A stretch of DNA of 32,000 nt from Synechococcus sp. A15-28. GTDB taxonomy: Bacteria; Cyanobacteriota; Cyanobacteriia; PCC-6307; Cyanobiaceae. Positions 20,604-29,043 of this stretch are shown piece after piece. Under the pieces are notes generated by a model, which was not told the origin of the DNA, did no database searches, and saw only the letters and a program-made list of their open reading frames with translations. The position numbers were made by a program, and so were the translations under genes. Location of the stretch: positions 2,220,001-2,252,000 of the forward strand of contig NZ_CP047931.1 in NCBI RefSeq assembly GCF_014280175.1, read 5' to 3'. How positions within the stretch are numbered: the first letter of the stretch is position 1; each line of letters begins with the position of its first letter.

Positions 20604-21886
20604 GTACTCCCCAGCGGTTGGAGCTGCCCTGGCGTGAGCCGATTGTGGTGGCCCGCCAGCTGGACGGCGATAACGGGCTGATCTGGCTGGATGGGGACGG
20701 CAGTGATCTGGGCCGCTGGGTGACCCTGGCCAGCCAGCCCCAGGAGGTGATCCACTGCCGGGGCCTTCCGGGGGACACCGAAGCCCGCGACCCCTTCGCC
20801 GCACTCAAGGGACTGGGTCCTGGCCACTGGAGCGGCTGGCTGAGTTACGAGGCGGCCGCCTGGACTGAAGCCGGCAACCCCTGGTCCAGGGATGCCATGG
20901 CCAGCCTGTGGATCGCACGCCACGACCCACTGCTGCGGTTTGACCTGCAGCAACGGCAACTCTGGATCGAAGGCACCAATCCGGCGGCGATGCAGCAGCT
21001 GGCGGCGCGTCTGCAGCAGACAGCTCCGATCCCCCCTGCCCCTCCCACGATTCCGCTTGAGGCCTGGCATCAACACACCAGCCGCGAGGGCTTCGCCGAT
21101 GGTGTGCGCCGAATCCGGGCGCTGATCGCCGCCGGTGATTTGTTCCAGGCCAACCTCACCGCCTGTTGCAGCACCAACTGGCCCAGTGATGCCTCCGCGG
21201 TGGAGCTGTTCCAACGGATTCGTCACCAGTGCCCAGCGCCGTTTGCCGGGCTGGTGGCGACAGGCAACGGCGAAGCCCTGCTCTCCTCCTCGCCCGAACG
21301 ATTTCTGCAGGTGGACCCCACCGGTCGGGTCGAGACCCGACCGATCAAGGGCACCCGGCCACGCCACAGCAATCCAGACCTCGACGCCGACATGGCGGCG
21401 GAGCTGGTCTGCAGCGACAAGGACCGGGCCGAGAACGTGATGATCGTGGATCTGCTGCGCAATGACCTCGGCCGCGTCTGCATCCCGGGCTCCATCCAGG
21501 TATCGCAACTGCTCGGCCTGGAGAGTTATCCCGCAGTTCACCACCTGACCTCCGTGGTGGAGGGCCAGCTGCAGCCAGGGCTCAACTGGGTGGATCTGCT
21601 GCGGGCCTGCTGGCCGGGGGGCTCGATCAGCGGCGCCCCGAAGCTCAGGGCCTGCCAACGCCTCCAGGAGCTGGAACCCACCAGCCGCGGCCCCTACTGC
21701 GGCTCCCTGATCCGCATCGACTGGAACGGTCGCTTTGACAGCAACATCCTGATCCGCTCCCTGATCCGCAAGGACCGCACGCTGCGGGCCCATGCCGGTT
21801 GCGGCATCGTTGCCGATTCCGACCCCGACGGCGAAGCCGAGGAGCTGATGTGGAAACTGCAGCCCCTGCTGGAGGCCCTGGCTTGA
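20600..21886 (+). CDS. pabB: Chorismate-binding enzyme, probable aminodeoxychorismate synthase component I
   Basis: [11 protein letters not shown] start. [52 protein letters not shown]. Confidence 0.88.
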   Translation: MSTPQRLELPWREPIVVARQLDGDNGLIWLDGDGSDLGRWVTLASQPQEVIHCRGLPGDTEARDPFAALKGLGPGHWSGWLSYEAAAWTEAGNPWSRDAMASLWIARHDPLLRFDLQQRQLWIEGTNPAAMQQLAARLQQTAPIPPAPPTIPLEAWHQHTSREGFADGVRRIRALIAAGDLFQANLTACCSTNWPSDASAVELFQRIRHQCPAPFAGLVATGNGEALLSSSPERFLQVDPTGRVETRPIKGTRPRHSNPDLDADMAAELVCSDKDRAENVMIVDLLRNDLGRVCIPGSIQVSQLLGLESYPAVHHLTSVVEGQLQPGLNWVDLLRACWPGGSISGAPKLRACQRLQELEPTSRGPYCGSLIRIDWNGRFDSNILIRSLIRKDRTLRAHAGCGIVADSDPDGEAEELMWKLQPLLEALA

Positions 21887-22713
21887 CTGGGGGGATCGCC
21901 TGGTGTGAGGGCCGTTGGGGCACAGCGGCTGAGCTGAGCCTTCCCCTGGATGACCGAGGCCTGCAACTCGCCGATGGATTGTTCGAAACGGTGTTGATCC
22001 GGGCCGGTCAGCCCTGTCTGCTGGACGAGCACCTGGCGCGATGGTGTGAAGCCAGCAAGCTGCTGGGCCTGGATCCCCCGCCGGACCACGACCAGTTGAT
22101 GCCCCTGATCCAGGAGGCCGTGCACCGAGCGCTCCCCGACCAGGAGTGCGGCGCCCTGCGGCTCAACTGGAGTCGGGGTTCATCCCCGCAGCGGGGGATC
22201 GCACCACCACTGCCGGGGCGGCATCGGTTCTGGCTGACGCTTCAGCCCTGGATACCGAGCTTCAACCCGATCTCCGCGATCATCAGTCGCCTGGAGCGCC
22301 GTAACTGCGACAGTGTGCTGAGCCGTTGCAAGACCTTTGCCTACGGTCAGGCCGTGCAAGCAAGGCGGGAAGCCTCACAACAGGGCTGCGACGACGCCCT
22401 GTTGCTGAACACCAGGGGCGAACTCTGCTGCAGCACCACCGCCAATCTGCTGTTGAAGCCTGGCGGAGAGGGGGCCGATGCTCCCTGGCTGACACCGCCG
22501 TTGCGCAGTGGCTGCCTGCCGGGGGTGATGCGGGCCCGGGCCCTGCAACTGGGGCTGGCGGTGGAAGCGGAACTGGGAGAGAGCCCTGGCCCCGACAATC
22601 AGCTGCTGTTGATCAACAGCCTCAGCTGCCGAGGGGTGTTGAGCCTCGACGATCAACCCCTCAGCAAACAAGCCCTGGCGGGCGAGTCGTTGTGGCAGGC
22701 ACTGCTTGATTAG
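21883..22713 (+). CDS. pabC: Aminodeoxychorismate lyase-like PLP class IV enzyme
   Basis: DDRGLQLADGLFETVLIRAG; CCSTTANLLL. Probable TTG start at 21883 overlapping the pabB stop. The listed ORF start at 21799 lies inside pabB. Confidence 0.82.
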   Translation: MTGGIAWCEGRWGTAAELSLPLDDRGLQLADGLFETVLIRAGQPCLLDEHLARWCEASKLLGLDPPPDHDQLMPLIQEAVHRALPDQECGALRLNWSRGSSPQRGIAPPLPGRHRFWLTLQPWIPSFNPISAIISRLERRNCDSVLSRCKTFAYGQAVQARREASQQGCDDALLLNTRGELCCSTTANLLLKPGGEGADAPWLTPPLRSGCLPGVMRARALQLGLAVEAELGESPGPDNQLLLINSLSCRGVLSLDDQPLSKQALAGESLWQALLD

Positions 22714-22759
22714 CACGATATCCTATCGATATTACGTAGATATCACGCAAATATCGTGC
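22713..22759. terminator. Palindrome-rich hairpin between convergent pabC and HAD phosphatase gene
   Basis: GCACGATAT (22713-22721) and ATATCGTGC (22751-22759) are perfect inverted arms. No T-tract. Confidence 0.4.
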
Positions 22760-23552
22760 CGCCCAAAGGAAGCAGCCGTACCACCGCCTCCGCCCATCCC
22801 TCCGCATGGGCGGCGCGGGCGAGCTCAAATCGTCCGCTCTGCACTCCAGCGGACAACTGCGGATGGGGACCATCCACACCAGGCACCACCACCGCCAGGT
22901 CCGCCACCTCCAGCAGGGGCAGATCATTGGGGGAGTCCCCGAGGGCCAGCACCTTCACATCCGGTTTACCCAGACGCTGCTTCAGAGCCGCCAGGGCGTT
23001 CCCTTTGCTGACCCCCCCGCCGAGCAGGTGACACATCCGGTTGCCCCGCACAACGGCCAACTCCTGGGCCGCCGCCAGGGCATCGAGGCGTGGCTGAATC
23101 GCCAGAGGGGGCGGTACAAAGGGCACGCTGCACCGCCGCCGTTGGGCCTGCTGCAGCAACGCGCCGGAGAGTCCAAGCAGGCGTTCCCCCTCCGCCTCCG
23201 TGAGCTCATCGAGCGCCTGCAGAGGTTCAGCCAACTGCTCCGACAGCTCCTGCAAGCGTGGTTTCAACGCCGACCAACCGGGCCCCAGCGCCTCCTCCCA
23301 GGGCTGACCCGTTGCCGTTTCACCGTGGATGGCTCCCCCGTTCTCGACGATGTACGGGTCCCGCAGCTGAGCTGCAGTACGGAAGCGCTCCACCTCCTCC
23401 GCCGTTTTGCTCGTGCAGGGAATCACGGGGACACCTGCCCGTTGCAGAGAGCGCAGCACCGCCGCCGCCGGCGACCAGTCGTACTGATTGTCCATCAGGG
23501 TGCCATCGAGGTCGGTGACCACCCACCAACGGCAACTCTGGGGGTCGCTCAT
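22743..23552 (-). CDS. HAD-superfamily sugar phosphatase, probable glucosyl-3-phosphoglycerate (or mannosyl-3-PG type) phosphatase
   Basis: WVVTDLDGTLMDN (HAD motif I), VSKGNALAALKQRLG, VLALGDSPNDLPLLEVADLAVVV. Adjacent to a gpgS-like gene. Start MSDPQSCRW at 23552. Confidence 0.85.
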   Translation of the reverse strand: MSDPQSCRWWVVTDLDGTLMDNQYDWSPAAAVLRSLQRAGVPVIPCTSKTAEEVERFRTAAQLRDPYIVENGGAIHGETATGQPWEEALGPGWSALKPRLQELSEQLAEPLQALDELTEAEGERLLGLSGALLQQAQRRRCSVPFVPPPLAIQPRLDALAAAQELAVVRGNRMCHLLGGGVSKGNALAALKQRLGKPDVKVLALGDSPNDLPLLEVADLAVVVPGVDGPHPQLSAGVQSGRFELARAAHAEGWAEAVVRLLPLGGTIFA

Positions 23553-25276
23553 GCCTGAATCAGCCAATGCACGGCATAAGGTTCCAACTGAAGTTGAGAA
23601 GCGTGGGTCTCGGAGGATCCGCTCAGACAATCGGCCCAGGCGAGACCGGCGTGACCACCGAGACGCCCCAGGGCCAGGGTCAACCGCGAGGAGGTGACGT
23701 TGTGAACCGCCACCAGGGTCTGGCCGCCGCCACGGCGACGCAGCATCACCAGATCGGAGCGGCCAGCACTCAACACCTCCATGGCGGCATCGGGATGCAG
23801 GGCCGGCTGATCGCGGCGCACCCGCAGGGCATGACCCAGGGTCGTGGTCACGGCGGTGGCATCGCTGTCGGGATCCTGAAGTCGCCGCTCAACAGCCTCT
23901 GCCTTGAACTGCGGGCGGTTGAGATCCCTGCGCTGACCGGTGCGACGGAACGTGCCCAGGTCATTGGGCGTGGCCAACAGGGCCGGCAGATAAAAGGCCG
24001 GTACCCCGGGCAGCGCCAACACCAGCAGCTGAGTCATCAGGAAACGGGCCCGCTGCCAATGGGCCGGATCGATTCCGCCATCGGCCATTGCACTCCACCA
24101 ACTGATGTTGATCTCGTAGGGGGCCTCTTCACCGTTGGTGAGGCGGCGATGGCTGATCAGACCGCCCCGCTGCTCGCAGGCGATCAACAACTGCAGCCTC
24201 CGCTCATCCGACATCAACCCCTCCAGGGCCCGCAGACCCACACCGTCATGGCAAGCGGTGAAGTTGAACAGGCCTGTGGACTCCGGCAATGCCGGCCAAC
24301 GGTTGAGCCAGCCGTTCAACAGATCGGCACGCCCACTGATGGCCGCCTCCAGCAACAAAGGCGGCAACGGAAAGTTGTAAGCCAGGTGCGCCTCTCGGCC
24401 ACTGACCAGATAGGAAAGATTCTCCTCTTCCGGCACGTTGGTCTCCGTCACCACCACCCCGTCGCAACAGCTGCGTTCCATCAGCTGCCGCAGCACCTCA
24501 ACAATGCGATGGGCTTCAGGCAGGTGGATGCAGCCGGTCCCTGGCGTCTTCCAGATAAACCCCACCGCATCCAGACGGACCCAGCGGACCCCATGGCGGA
24601 GCATCCGGTCGAGCAGCCGTGTGAATCCCAGCAACACCTCCGGACTTCGCCAATCGACATCAACCTGGTCGGGCCCGAAGGTCGTCCATACCTGACGCGG
24701 ACCGTCCGATCCGCTCAGCTGGGTGAACAGGGAGGAGCTGCGCGGCCGCACCACCTGGTCCCAGCAAGGGTCGGGCGCGGCCTCCAGCACACAGGAGCGA
24801 CCCGGCTCCTCATCGCGCAGGAACTGCCTGACCCAGGGGTGGGCGGCGGAGATGTGATTCAGCACCAGATCCGCCATCAGACGACGCCCCTCAGCGAGGT
24901 CCGCCAGATCGTCCCAGTCACCGAAGCGCGGCTCGATCCGGTCGTGGCTGGCCACCGCAAAGCCGCCATCACTGGTGGAGGTCAGAAACGGCAGCACATG
25001 CACCACCTCAGCGAAGGGCCGCAGGCGGTTGTTGAGTAGCTGACGCAGGCTGCGCAACGCGGGCACCCCATGCTCCACCACCGTATCGGCATAGGTGATC
25101 AGCACCGCATCGGCGCCTGTCCAGAGATCCGTCGCAACGGGCGGGTCGTCGTTTGCTGACGCACCACGCAAAATCTGCAGCAATTGCGACGACAGCTGCT
25201 CGGAATCAGCGGAAGAATCCTCGAGGTAGAGGTTCTCCAGCAGGCCCTGCAGCGTTTCAGCGCTCAAGGTCTGCAT
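23549..25276 (-). CDS. GH13 sucrose phosphorylase-like enzyme, candidate glucosylglycerate phosphorylase
   Basis: FLTSTSDGGFAVASHDRIEPRFGDWDDLADLAEGRRLMADLVLNHIS, VRLDAVGFIWK, VVTETNVP. Substrate inferred only from neighbours. The annotated ORF starts at 25294; alternative MQTLS at 25276. Confidence 0.8.
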   Translation of the reverse strand: MQTLSAETLQGLLENLYLEDSSADSEQLSSQLLQILRGASANDDPPVATDLWTGADAVLITYADTVVEHGVPALRSLRQLLNNRLRPFAEVVHVLPFLTSTSDGGFAVASHDRIEPRFGDWDDLADLAEGRRLMADLVLNHISAAHPWVRQFLRDEEPGRSCVLEAAPDPCWDQVVRPRSSSLFTQLSGSDGPRQVWTTFGPDQVDVDWRSPEVLLGFTRLLDRMLRHGVRWVRLDAVGFIWKTPGTGCIHLPEAHRIVEVLRQLMERSCCDGVVVTETNVPEEENLSYLVSGREAHLAYNFPLPPLLLEAAISGRADLLNGWLNRWPALPESTGLFNFTACHDGVGLRALEGLMSDERRLQLLIACEQRGGLISHRRLTNGEEAPYEINISWWSAMADGGIDPAHWQRARFLMTQLLVLALPGVPAFYLPALLATPNDLGTFRRTGQRRDLNRPQFKAEAVERRLQDPDSDATAVTTTLGHALRVRRDQPALHPDAAMEVLSAGRSDLVMLRRRGGGQTLVAVHNVTSSRLTLALGRLGGHAGLAWADCLSGSSETHASQLQLEPYAVHWLIQA

Positions 25277-25345
25277 ATCGGCTCTCCTGAACATCGCTCA
25301 GGTATGGGTCATGACCTCATCAACTGTTGTCGCATTAAGCACCGG

Positions 25346-26623
25346 ATGGATTTTCAGCAGAGCCTGATCACCACGGTTCATGACTACAGCCTGGGCAACC
25401 TGGATGCTGTTGCCTTCAACCGCGAGCTGAGCCAGCGGCCGACGACGCTGTTGATCCCCTGTCTGATGGAGGAGTTCAGCCGTCCAGCACTGGCGCTGAT
25501 CCGCGACACTCTGTCGTCATTGAAAGGCCTCAATCGCCTCGTCATTGCTCTGGCCGCTGAAAGCGCGGAGGACGTAGCCCATGCCGAAGCCTTCTTCGCC
25601 GGCATGCCCTTTCCCGTTCAGGTGCACTGGACCAATGGCCCAGCCGTGAAGTACTTGCTTGAGTCCATGGGCGCCCTGGGACTCGAGGTCACCGGTCCCC
25701 CCGGCAAGGGCTGGGCGGTCTGGCAAGGGCTTGGGGTGGCCTGTCAGGACGCCGAAGTGGTGGGCCTGTTTGACGCCGACATCCGCACCTTCGGCTCGGC
25801 ATACCCGGAGCGGATGTTGCGTCCACTGCTGGATCGCTCCCACGGCATCGCCTACGTCAAGGCCTTCTACAGCCGGCTATCGCTGGAAACCCAGGCGCTG
25901 CAGGGTCGGGCCACCCGCCTGTTCGTCGGTCCTCTGCTGGTCAGCCTCGAACAGATCTTTGGCCCACTGCCGTACCTGCGCTATCTGCAGTCTTTTCGCT
26001 ACCCCTTGGCTGGTGAATTCGCCTTCACCACCGATCTGGCGATGAATCTGCGCATCCCCTCCGATTGGGGCCTGGAGATGGGGTTGCTCTCGGAGGTATT
26101 CCGTCATGTCGCCACCAGTCGCATTGCCCAGGTGGATCTGGGGCTGTTTGATCACAAGCACAAAGGACTCGGAAGCAAACCCAGTGAGGGGTTGCAACGC
26201 ATGGCCGGTGAAATCTTCGGAACCGTTTTGCGCAGCTTGATGGAGCACGAGGGCGCCGTGATCTCGATGGATCAGATTCCCACCCTTGAGGTGCTCTACC
26301 GACGCGTCGGTGAGGATCGGGTGCGCCAATTCGGCATTGATTCGGCGATCAACCGGCTCCCCTATAACCGCCATGGAGAAGAACTGGCTGTGCACAGTTT
26401 TGCTGAACTGCTGCGGCCAGGACTCTCCCGCCTAATGGAGTCTCCAGTTGCTCATCAGCTCCCCAGTTGGTCACGACTGAAAAGCTGCAATCCTTCGCTT
26501 CAAGGCGACCTAAGTGCAGCAGGTCAAATGGATCGCACTACATCTCGAACATTGCCCCAGTCTCAACCATTGCGTCGACCCAATCACAAACCCAGATCAT
26601 CAACATCTGAGCTTGTTGCCTGA
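25346..26623 (+). CDS. gpgS: Glucosyl-3-phosphoglycerate synthase-like GT (GT81-type)
   Basis: TTLLIPCLMEEFSRPALALIRDTLSSL, VVGLFDADIRTF, FAFTTDLAMNLRIPSDWGLEMGLLSEVF, VDLGLFDHKHKGLG. Start MDFQQSLITTVHDY. Confidence 0.85.
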   Translation: MDFQQSLITTVHDYSLGNLDAVAFNRELSQRPTTLLIPCLMEEFSRPALALIRDTLSSLKGLNRLVIALAAESAEDVAHAEAFFAGMPFPVQVHWTNGPAVKYLLESMGALGLEVTGPPGKGWAVWQGLGVACQDAEVVGLFDADIRTFGSAYPERMLRPLLDRSHGIAYVKAFYSRLSLETQALQGRATRLFVGPLLVSLEQIFGPLPYLRYLQSFRYPLAGEFAFTTDLAMNLRIPSDWGLEMGLLSEVFRHVATSRIAQVDLGLFDHKHKGLGSKPSEGLQRMAGEIFGTVLRSLMEHEGAVISMDQIPTLEVLYRRVGEDRVRQFGIDSAINRLPYNRHGEELAVHSFAELLRPGLSRLMESPVAHQLPSWSRLKSCNPSLQGDLSAAGQMDRTTSRTLPQSQPLRRPNHKPRSSTSELVA

Positions 26624-26651
26624 ACGGACTTGAATAAAATGTAAACGAGTC

Positions 26652-26685
26652 AAATTGGCCCCAATCGTCAGATTGGAGCCAATTT
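26652..26685 (+). terminator. Stem-loop downstream of gpgS
   Basis: AAATTGGCCCCAATC (26652-26666) / GTCA loop / GATTGGAGCCAATTT (26671-26685): 15-bp arms with one mismatch, 29 nt after the gpgS stop. Confidence 0.65.
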
Positions 26686-26714
26686 CTATTCGTTTAGACA
26701 AATCCCAAGACGCA

Positions 26715-26876
26715 TCAAAGAGCCTGCTGCTGCCGCATTACCCATTGCGTCGCAGCGCGCTGGGATTGCCAGGCATGGAGAAGTTGCTTGGCAAGCGTCT
26801 GCAACTGCGCTGGGTCTGCAGTGGCTTCAATGGCACGGTTCATCCGCTCCACTTCAAAGCATTGCGTCGTGGACAT
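26715..26876 (-). CDS. Small conserved-hypothetical-like protein
   Basis: MSTTQCFEVERMNRAIEATADPAQLQTLAKQLLHAWQSQRAATQWVMRQQQAL is compact, with helix-forming composition resembling small cyanobacterial proteins. The opposite-strand ORF (26655-26981) is less plausible. Confidence 0.5.
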   Translation of the reverse strand: MSTTQCFEVERMNRAIEATADPAQLQTLAKQLLHAWQSQRAATQWVMRQQQAL

Positions 26877-27184
26877 TGCAATCGATTCCCGCATCACTTA
26901 CTCCAATTGAAGACTTCACTATTTTCATGCCACCACGAAAAAGAATTGTTTCATTTGAAACGAAACATCCACACTGTGTGAACTTTCAGACTTATTGACT
27001 GATCAACCCACACTCCGCAACCAAAAAGAGCCGCGCCATCATCAAAAGGTCGCTAAAGCTACCAAACCAACTGCATCTGTATCACGGGGTCTAAACGAAA
27101 TCTGAAAGCATTTCCAATTCGTGCCCAATCCAACACTCCACTGGCGCAGAGTTCTGCAAAGTGGCATCATTCTGGGATTCTGAC

Positions 27185-27433
27185 ATGATTGAGTGCGTCT
27201 ACCGCAACGACACTGACCGAATGGTGATTGTTAAATGTGTCGGTGATGACCACTTTTACCGTGAAAAGGTTGTGCTTCCCACTGAGATGTTCTGGTTTGA
27301 AGCCCCTGAACAGGCGCGGCTTGAAATCTGGAAAATGTCGGTGAGCGGTCAGATGCTGCACGTACGCGCCGATGTGAGCGAGTACGCCATGAATCAAGAC
27401 GAGGCGGCCACCGAAACAGTCTGGGCCTGCTAA
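27185..27433 (+). CDS. DUF1830-like small protein
   Basis: MIECVYRNDTDRMVIVKCVGDDHFYREKVVLPTEMFWFEAPEQARLEIWKM. The ORF could start upstream at 27161. Confidence 0.75.
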   Translation: MIECVYRNDTDRMVIVKCVGDDHFYREKVVLPTEMFWFEAPEQARLEIWKMSVSGQMLHVRADVSEYAMNQDEAATETVWAC

Positions 27434-27463
27434 ATCGCTCCAGCCCCAGGACCTCAAGGAGGG

Positions 27464-27733
27464 CTAGCGGCCAATCAGATCGACTCCGAGCAGCTCAGCA
27501 GTCATCCTTGAGCGCAGAAAGCCCCCGGGACGGAGGGTCTTCGCCTTTGCCGCAGATGCTCCAGCCTCAAATGCATGCCGTTGATCATCTTGCACATCGT
27601 CGGAGAGGCTAAGAAGCTCAGCAGTTTTCTTGGAACGGATGATCTGGCAACTTGCCGTCTTCCGCCCGGAAGGCCGGTAGAGCAGTTGAGACGTTTGAAT
27701 AATCGAGCGTTGAGATTGAAGTTTGGACATTCG
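27464..27733 (-). CDS. Hypothetical ORF (weak)
   Basis: MSKLQSQRSIIQTSQLLYRPSGRKTASCQIIRSKKTAELLSLSDD... has no recognised family. Part of ORF 27464-27871. Confidence 0.2.
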   Translation of the reverse strand, partial: RMSKLQSQRSIIQTSQLLYRPSGRKTASCQIIRSKKTAELLSLSDDVQDDQRHAFEAGASAAKAKTLRPGGFLRSRMTAELLGVDLIGR

Positions 27734-27829
27734 TCCTCTCCGAGATGAACAGGTCCCCGTTCCTTGACCTGAGAACCACTGCGCCCTGAACCAGGGTGAA
27801 CGGCTGGTATTGGTTGATACAGATAAATC

Positions 27830-28438
27830 ATGGCAAGCCAATGGATACAGACGTCGTTCGTGTCGAAACAAAATGGCAAACGGTTAATATTCTTCACAAA
27901 GGTCTGCCCCAGCAAAGTAGGAGGTGCCCATGTACGGCATGTCCCTGCCCGAAAGCAATTGAAGAATCTCTTACCAATTGGAGCGATAGCCTGCCTACTC
28001 TCCGTGACAACGACAGCAATTCAAGGGTGCTACCGGCAAGCCAAGGAAACTCCCAGTCATGAAGCTCAACCCGGCGACACGCTTGTGGTGAAGGGAGGTG
28101 CAGAGATACGCCTGACCCACACCTTCAAACCAGGAGAACCCAATGGACTCTTCGATGGAGGAATCAGGGTCACAACGGATCAATCCGTGACGAGCACTGC
28201 AGAGGTGAATGCGGTCTGCAGCATGCCTGATCTGCCGAACTGGCCTCAGTACGACAACATTTATGGACGTTGGTTAACGGACGGCGAAACGCCTGGTGTC
28301 GAGGGGGGAAAAACGGACTGGCAACTGTTGCTCTATTTCAATGGCCAGACCGAGGAGAAGGGCCGCGAACCAGCTCCTGCATGGGCCCAACGCCTCGCGC
28401 AAAACCTTTGTCGAAAAGGAGATTTCCTAGACGACTGA
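27830..28438 (+). CDS. Hypothetical protein with possible hydrophobic/lipoprotein-like segment
   Basis: 202-aa ORF. LLPIGAIACLLSVTTTAIQGC followed by a polar domain. The true start is probably internal. Confidence 0.45.
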   Translation: MASQWIQTSFVSKQNGKRLIFFTKVCPSKVGGAHVRHVPARKQLKNLLPIGAIACLLSVTTTAIQGCYRQAKETPSHEAQPGDTLVVKGGAEIRLTHTFKPGEPNGLFDGGIRVTTDQSVTSTAEVNAVCSMPDLPNWPQYDNIYGRWLTDGETPGVEGGKTDWQLLLYFNGQTEEKGREPAPAWAQRLAQNLCRKGDFLDD

Positions 28439-28566
28439 GCTACCTAGGGAGGCCAAGCATCTCCGTAATGGCCAACGGTCGCCCAACAAAATGACACAAC
28501 AGTGGCAATTGATACGGCCAGGCTCTCCTCGAGACCTGACTATGGGAATGGTTCTCGTTCTCGCCA

Positions 28567-28869
28567 ATGGCTAGTACCGGCAGTGTCAGTTCCTGGGACG
28601 AGTCTGTGCTCGTCGCAATGATTCAATATCCCGTGCCTGTGATCACAGGTCCAGCCGATATCCAGACACAAGTCGACCAGATTTGCAAAGCCGTAGCGTC
28701 AACAAAAGCTGGATATCCGGAAGCAGACATAATTGTGATGCCTGAGTACTCAACTCAAGGTTTAAACACAGCCATTTGGACCTATGCCACAGAACGGAGT
28801 GACAAATTCGATCCCAGCAACAGCAACAGCCTGACAAAGTTTGCTGCCGCAAGTTTGCTCTCTGTATGA
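28567..28869 (+). pseudogene. N-terminal fragment of aliphatic amidase/formamidase-like (nitrilase superfamily) gene
   Basis: VLVAMIQYPVPVITGPADIQTQVDQICKAVASTKAGYPEADIIVMPEYSTQGLNTAIWTYATE keeps the MPEYS catalytic-Glu motif, but the ORF stops after 100 aa with no Lys or Cys motifs following. Confidence 0.7.
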
Positions 28870-28980
28870 GAGCAAACTTGCGGCGAATTAAAGGTTTTAT
28901 TATCATATTGTAGAATTAAAAAAAGTATCACATAAAACAAAGTTTTAGTATCAAAACAGTGCAATTTTTAATTGCGTATA

Positions 28981-29002
28981 AAGGGCCACATCTTGGCCCC
29001 TT
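28981..29002 (+). terminator. Short imperfect stem-loop upstream of fmdA
   Basis: AAGGGCC / ACATCTT / GGCCCCTT has a 7-bp stem with one bulge. No following T-tract. Confidence 0.3.
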
Positions 29003-29043
29003 CATTGTGTCTTTAATAAAAGAGTGTTAGCTTCTTGCTATCA

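Noticed and set aside
20495-21793. 432-aa minus-strand ORF opposite pabB
   Set aside because: It lies wholly antisense to a recognisable chorismate-binding enzyme and shows typical shadow-ORF composition for GC-rich DNA.
23567-25039. 490-aa plus-strand ORF opposite the GH13 gene
   Set aside because: It is antisense to a clear GH13 protein and has no recognisable motifs, so it is treated as a GC-rich shadow ORF.
25302-25315. NtcA-like GTATGGGTCATGAC (GTN10AC) between the GH13 gene and gpgS
   Set aside because: It matches only the relaxed consensus, which is frequent by chance, and there is no well-spaced -10 element, so it is not reported as a site.
26655-26981. 108-aa plus-strand ORF after gpgS
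   Set aside because: Its start falls inside the terminator-like hairpin and its sequence is basic/low-quality. The opposite-strand 54-aa ORF looks more protein-like.
27502-27915. 137-aa minus-strand ORF
   Set aside because: It overlaps two alternative ORFs, has no motif and shows Pro/Arg-rich shadow-like composition. It was not supported over the alternatives.
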